Shown here: positions 54,601-60,600 of the stretch, in pieces
How positions within the stretch are numbered: position 1 is the stretch's first letter
Layout: each line of letters opens with the position of its first letter
NCBI GenBank assembly: GCA_965644265.1
Contig: OZ286471.1
Location: forward strand, 46,934,001 to 46,998,000
Direction: 5' to 3'
Length of the DNA: 64,000 nucleotides
Origin: Glycera tridactyla
Taxonomy: Eukaryota
The notes under the pieces: generated by a model
Told to the model about the DNA's origin: nothing
The model's database searches: none
The model's input: the letters and a program-made list of their open reading frames with translations, nothing else
Translations under genes and position numbers: made by a program

Positions 54601-57600
54601 GTTGCTTTATCCCATTCTTCTATGATGGAAAATTTCATGAGCAGTGTATCTCATTGGATCGCAGACAACCATGGTGTTCTACAACAGCATTTTTCGATAT
54701 AGATCAGCTGTGGGGATATTGTCTAGGTAATGTATACATTCCGTGAATATTTGCCTACAGATTACTTTCCCCAGAGCAACATTTTCGTCACAGCCATGTA
54801 TTGAGATTCCTCATCACCAGATGATAACATGCCTCCATGATACGTACCATTTCTGTCGACTAGACTTGCTGTCATTCTTCACAATTTTGTGATTCTACAC
54901 TTTTGTGCAACATTTGATACTGAGCAAAGGGACCACTTGCAAATACCTGAATTACGTCATTGGAGATGATGCTGAAAATATGGAGAAAATCGGATCAGCA
55001 TTTTCTAGCTATCTGGGTTATGTGCAATCGCTCTGAGTACGGAAATAGAGCATACCTAAACTGATTGACACTGATATGTCTCCTCATGTATATAACTTTT
55101 TTCTCAGATCGAGTGTGCCCAGCCCCAACAACGCCAGCATTACCAACAACCACAGAACCAGCTTTTCTCAATGTTCCATCGGGATGCTTCGTTAGAACAA
55201 CTGGTGGTACAGCAAATGGCGACTATTGCCAGTTCCCCTTCACCTACAAATCACAACGCTATGATACATGCACGAAGAAAAATCATGATCGGTATTGGTG
55301 CTCAGTTGTACGGATTTATTCCATTGGCCAACGATGGGGAAATTGCCTAGGTATCAATTGATTGATTATTCCCGATTTCGATGCACGTACATAGGGAAAC
55401 GTAAATGTGGCCACATAGTCAATAATCATATTGGCCATTTATTCTGAACATGTAACTGCTATTGTATCATCATGCTTTGGACTGAACTGGCCATTGAATC
55501 ATTGTGACTAAGGGGAGTCAGTATTTGTTGATTATTTCTTCTTCTACAAACACAATTCATGGGAGAAAGAGGGAGATAGAGAAAGAGTGAGAGAAAGAGT
55601 GAGAGAGAGATAGAGAGATGACTAAAGATGTATAATCGAAGGATGCAGTATCAAGAGTGGAGTATCTTCTGTGAACTTCTGATTTCTCGTTGTATTTATT
55701 TATAGATCTATGTTTGCGCCATACATATTCTGTATGTTTAAGGCAATAGATGAACATGACTTTCCTATGATCGGCCACTCTACCATGAATATATCTCAAT
55801 TCCGGCATTTCCTTCGTGAGATACCTAAATGAGATATTGTGTTTTATTGTGACAGATGTTGTTTGCGAAACTACAGAAAAGACAACAACTACAAAACGTC
55901 CAACTACCACACCCACAACCACGACTGAACCCTACACACAAGGAGATTGTTCTATCTCTACGTTTGGTGGAACCGCTGGTAACTCACAGTGCTCGCTTCC
56001 ATTTGAGTACAAGGGTGTGACTTATTATGACTGCACGACGCGAGATAATGATGGCGTGCGATGGTGCTACACAACTGCTAACTACAGAAATGATCATTTA
56101 TGGGCAAATTGCTTAGGTGTGTCATTATATAGACTCAGCACTACCATTCGTGTTATCTTGCCCCCCCCCCCCCCCTTCATGAATTAATCAAAAGACTTTC
56201 TCCCTCTATTCAGAAAATTATAAACCATTCGATACAATTCACCAATCATGATATAAATGGATGCACACTAATCGGTACTGAAAGTGTACCCGAGTATTTT
56301 TATCACCCGCATGAAGACAGTGATTGCAAGTACGCATGAGACATTCATACTGAGATCAAACATCGAGAAATTCATGTCAGTGTGTATTCATTCAATGAAA
56401 TGGTTATTTCGCTCAATTCACCGAAGTCATGACTCGGATCTTCCCTATCTGTGGAACATGGCCGGGAATTTCTATGAAGTCAGCCCACTACAAAACTTAT
56501 GCGATGCATCTCTATCGACTCGTTATGCTTTTTGCAATCAATGTTTGTATTATGGCTCATGAGAACGTGTTGCAGGATTCATTTGTGTGCGTCTCCCAGT
56601 GTTTTGTCAGATATGTCACAGTCATCACTGTATGTTCGAATACCTGTCTATTTTAATTGGCCACTCGAGAAAAAGAAGTTTCAGAGTAGGCAATTTGTGA
56701 GGCCTATCTCAAATCACATCAGTAGAAATCGATTGGTTTTTCTATCCTGTCAAGGAATGCCAACTGAACCAAATTTAGTCCATTCGTAGATTTATTTAAT
56801 TTCCATTTTGATCTCATGAACTGTTTATGTTCACCTGGTGATGGACATGTGTCATATATATATCGCGGAAATCTTAACTACTCAACAATTTAGCTGATTA
56901 GATGTCAATCCGAGATGTGGACCCATCATCAATGAGAAATGACATTTTATCTGAATGACAGCTTGTAATCTGATTTCGTCAGATTGGCGTCAGTGTTCGT
57001 ACTATACATACTACGGGAGATTGGTGGTTTATTGCCAATTACTANNNNNNNNNNNNNNNNNNNNNNNNNNNNNNNNNNNNNNNNNNNNNNNNNNNNNNNN
57101 NNNNNNNNNNNNNNNNNNNNNNNNNNNNNNNNNNNNNNNNNNNNNNNNNNNNNNNNNNNNNNNNNNNNNNNNNNNNNNNNNNNNNNNNNGAGTAAAACAT
57201 TTGACCCATCATGGCACAGTGTAAGGGGAATATGTGAAGCACTCAGATTTGATCACATGTTTATCAATTTTCTTGTCATTGCATGCTGCATGAGTGGTCT
57301 GTCTTGCCAACTTATGTATGTCTTAGAACGATCTATTTCATTAAACTCCTCACACTTTGCCTGCTTGGAAAAACCTGAAGCTCATCCTCATCAGGTCCAA
57401 ATGCCTGAGTCATTCAAAGATACTTACCCTTCACCAATTTCTACTCAGCGAATGTTATTCCCAAGTTTCTCATATGCACCATGACTTTATATTAACATGA
57501 AAACACATGGCGAATGTTATTACCAGGTTTCTCATATGCATCATGACTCATTTTACCAACAGATGTAGTTTGTTCCACCTCGTCGACTGCACCGGCAACT

Positions 57601-60600
57601 CTATCTTCAATGTTGACAGCAGACATATCGGCAACACCCATTCCAGGTAGACATAGTACCCTCTATGTACTGATGCCAACAAGCATAGTGACAGAATGAT
57701 ACTACTATGAGATATCAGATGTATGCAATGCCCAGCGACAGATCAGTTTTGCATGAAGTTCATTGATGACGTGGTTGATATGCAGCTGATATATAAATAT
57801 ATGTATGGGAGGGCATTTAATCATGGCAGGACACATACATTGACACACGACGACATATAAACACACAAAACACAACACAAAAAAGAGTTTTCATCGCGTA
57901 TACTGTATGTAAATTACATGCATACATGCATGAATTCATGAGTCTTACCTAGTTTCATGTAAATTCAGATTGCATTCTACATATCATGCGATGATCAGAT
58001 GGATACTATTGTATATGCTATGATATACTTTCACGCATCAGGCCATGAAACGCTTGCTTTTTTTGCAGATGGATGCTTTATTCAGACGTTGGGAGGGACA
58101 GCAGCGGGAGGGCACTGCACTTTTCCATTCTTTTACAAAGGAATATTTCATAACCAGTGCATACGGTTGGATCGCAGACAACCTTGGTGTTCAACTACTG
58201 CCTTTTTCGAGTTGGACCAAATGTGGGGATATTGTTTAGGTAATACTTGGCTTCTGTCTATATTCTTCAACATACTGAAGAGATATCAGGTTTGCAAACA
58301 GTTCAATATTTATCTCAATGCAATTAGGAAATGGCTTCAGTCATCATATACCAGTGTCCTGTTCTTCAGTCGTTCGATTTATAGTCTTGCTTCTATGTTT
58401 GTTGATCCTGAAAAAGGGTCTGAATTGTAAATAGCATTATAATACCAGTATCGAAAGTATCAGTACTTCTCATTATATCTTCATACTTTTGAATATGATA
58501 TTCGTATTTGCAGTTGTACATAAAGTTTATGAGGCTATGAAATGACCAAAGTTGATGGGATTGTAGTGAGTTGTACCTGATAATCATGATCTCAAGTGAA
58601 AGCTCAATATGGAGAAAGCTCAAATATATTTAATTTCATATCTTTTTCATTAGATCTTGTGTGCGTCTCATCTACAACAACAGAGGCACCAGCTTCGACG
58701 TTGCCAGCCTTTCTCAATGTTCCAGCTGGTTGCTTTGTTAGAACAACTGGTGGTAATGCGAATGGCGATTATTGTCACTTTCCCTTCGTCTACAAATCGG
58801 AACGCTATGATACATGTATCAAGCTAAATCACGATCGGTATTGGTGCTCGGTTGCATCAATATATGCTGTGGGCCAACGATGGGGAAATTGCCTAGGTAA
58901 CGATTCATCACTTGTGGTCTCACAATATTCATCTAATATCTGTCACACCCTGCAGTGCAAATGCATATCCTGGTCAATATATCATACTTCATGATCTCCA
59001 GATGGATCACAAATATCTAATTTTGATCTCTGAATGGATCCGAAGTAATCACCTATGAATATTATAGCACCGGACCTACATAATGGCAAAAGTTACTATT
59101 ATCCCCATTCCTTCGTGGATTGGAATCGATATTTAGATTTTGATTCATCACTCATTCGCAACAAGTCTCTCTTGATTACACACTGATTTAGATATTGTTT
59201 GATAAGTCTCAGTGGGAATGGTCGTTACATTGTATAATCATACTCTTTCATTTTGATAGATGTTATATGCGAGACGACAGATAGAACAACCACAACAAGT
59301 AAACGTCCTACTACCACACCGACGACCACTTCTGAACCGTATACACAAGGAGACTGTTTTATACCTACAACTGGTGGTTCTGCTGGTAACTCACGGTGCT
59401 ATTTCCCTTTTGTGTACAAGGATGTGACATATTATGATTGTTCAACAAGGAATAATGATGGTGTGCGATGGTGCTACACATCGCCTACCTACAGAAATGA
59501 TCGTCTTTGGGGCAACTGCTTAGGTGCGTGACAATTCAGGAGGGGAGCAATTCTGATTGAATGCATGATTTGACTATACATACGAGCACACATCAACGTG
59601 AACACATATACCCATACCTACCTACCTGCTCACCTATGTATCCACCTGCTTGCCCACCTACCGAATGATATACATACATGCATACGGATATACGTACGCA
59701 CGTACGGAAAGATGGGTGGGCGTACCAATGAATGCACCGAAGGACAGAAGCACACATGCGTTCACAAATAGTGGTACAGGAAGCTGTTTCATATCAGATA
59801 AATACGCTGCACTCTATCGCCTCTGTTCCCAATCATCAGTATACAATATCTAACCTGCCACATGTCACTGGAGCATGCTTTGTAAGTCTCAAGTGTCTGC
59901 ATTGGATAACCTGTAACGAAATCATTGCCTGGTTTTCACCAGATTGGTGTTGCTTCTACACGCATTACATTACAATTCGCACATCTCTATTCATAATCAC
60001 ATGCTTTCATGGCACACTGCCTTCATCCAGCTTCAGCTTTGAAGAGGGTCGGAGCATGATTGAGAGCTCTCCGACTTCCCAGAAATACGTATGATCTCAA
60101 AACATGATTCGCGACAGAAGAAAGCAGCATACTTGAGTCTCTCTTCATTAGATTGAGAATCTTGCCTTCGGGCTATGGTGTCAGAGATATATGTATATTT
60201 TGCCGAGGTCAAACGGCATAGTGGATCCATAGATCATCCCCTACCTATACTTATAATTATAAATGGCACTCACCAAAAGTACATAGATATGAGAGTTGCT
60301 AATTCATGCACTGATTATAAGATTTTCTCCTTCCTAGACTCACATATGTCGCTGCTGCTTATCAGTGAACTGTCAGATCATCAACTGTCTCATGACAGGA
60401 TACTGCTGGTCAGTTGCATGAATGCCATGAATGAACACAAATCATCATACACAGGTCGCATTTGTTTCTCACCGACAAATCACAGCACCTATATACACAT
60501 GAATATGCTCACACAAATTGCCAATACATAATCAGGCCCGAACACACGTATTTCGAATGAGCATCTCCGATGTGTTTTCAACAGGCGAAGATCAGACAGG

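Noticed and set aside
50909-55922. Minus-strand ORFs rich in LSVC or VVV repeats
   Set aside because: They are translations of (GACA)n tracts or the antisense of Thr-rich linkers.
35005-57189. Three N runs (191, 135, 145 nt) hiding exons or breaking the gene
   Set aside because: The FN2/DxxC alternation is complete across each run and the flanks are intronic or simple-repeat sequence; hidden exons are not required, though not excluded.
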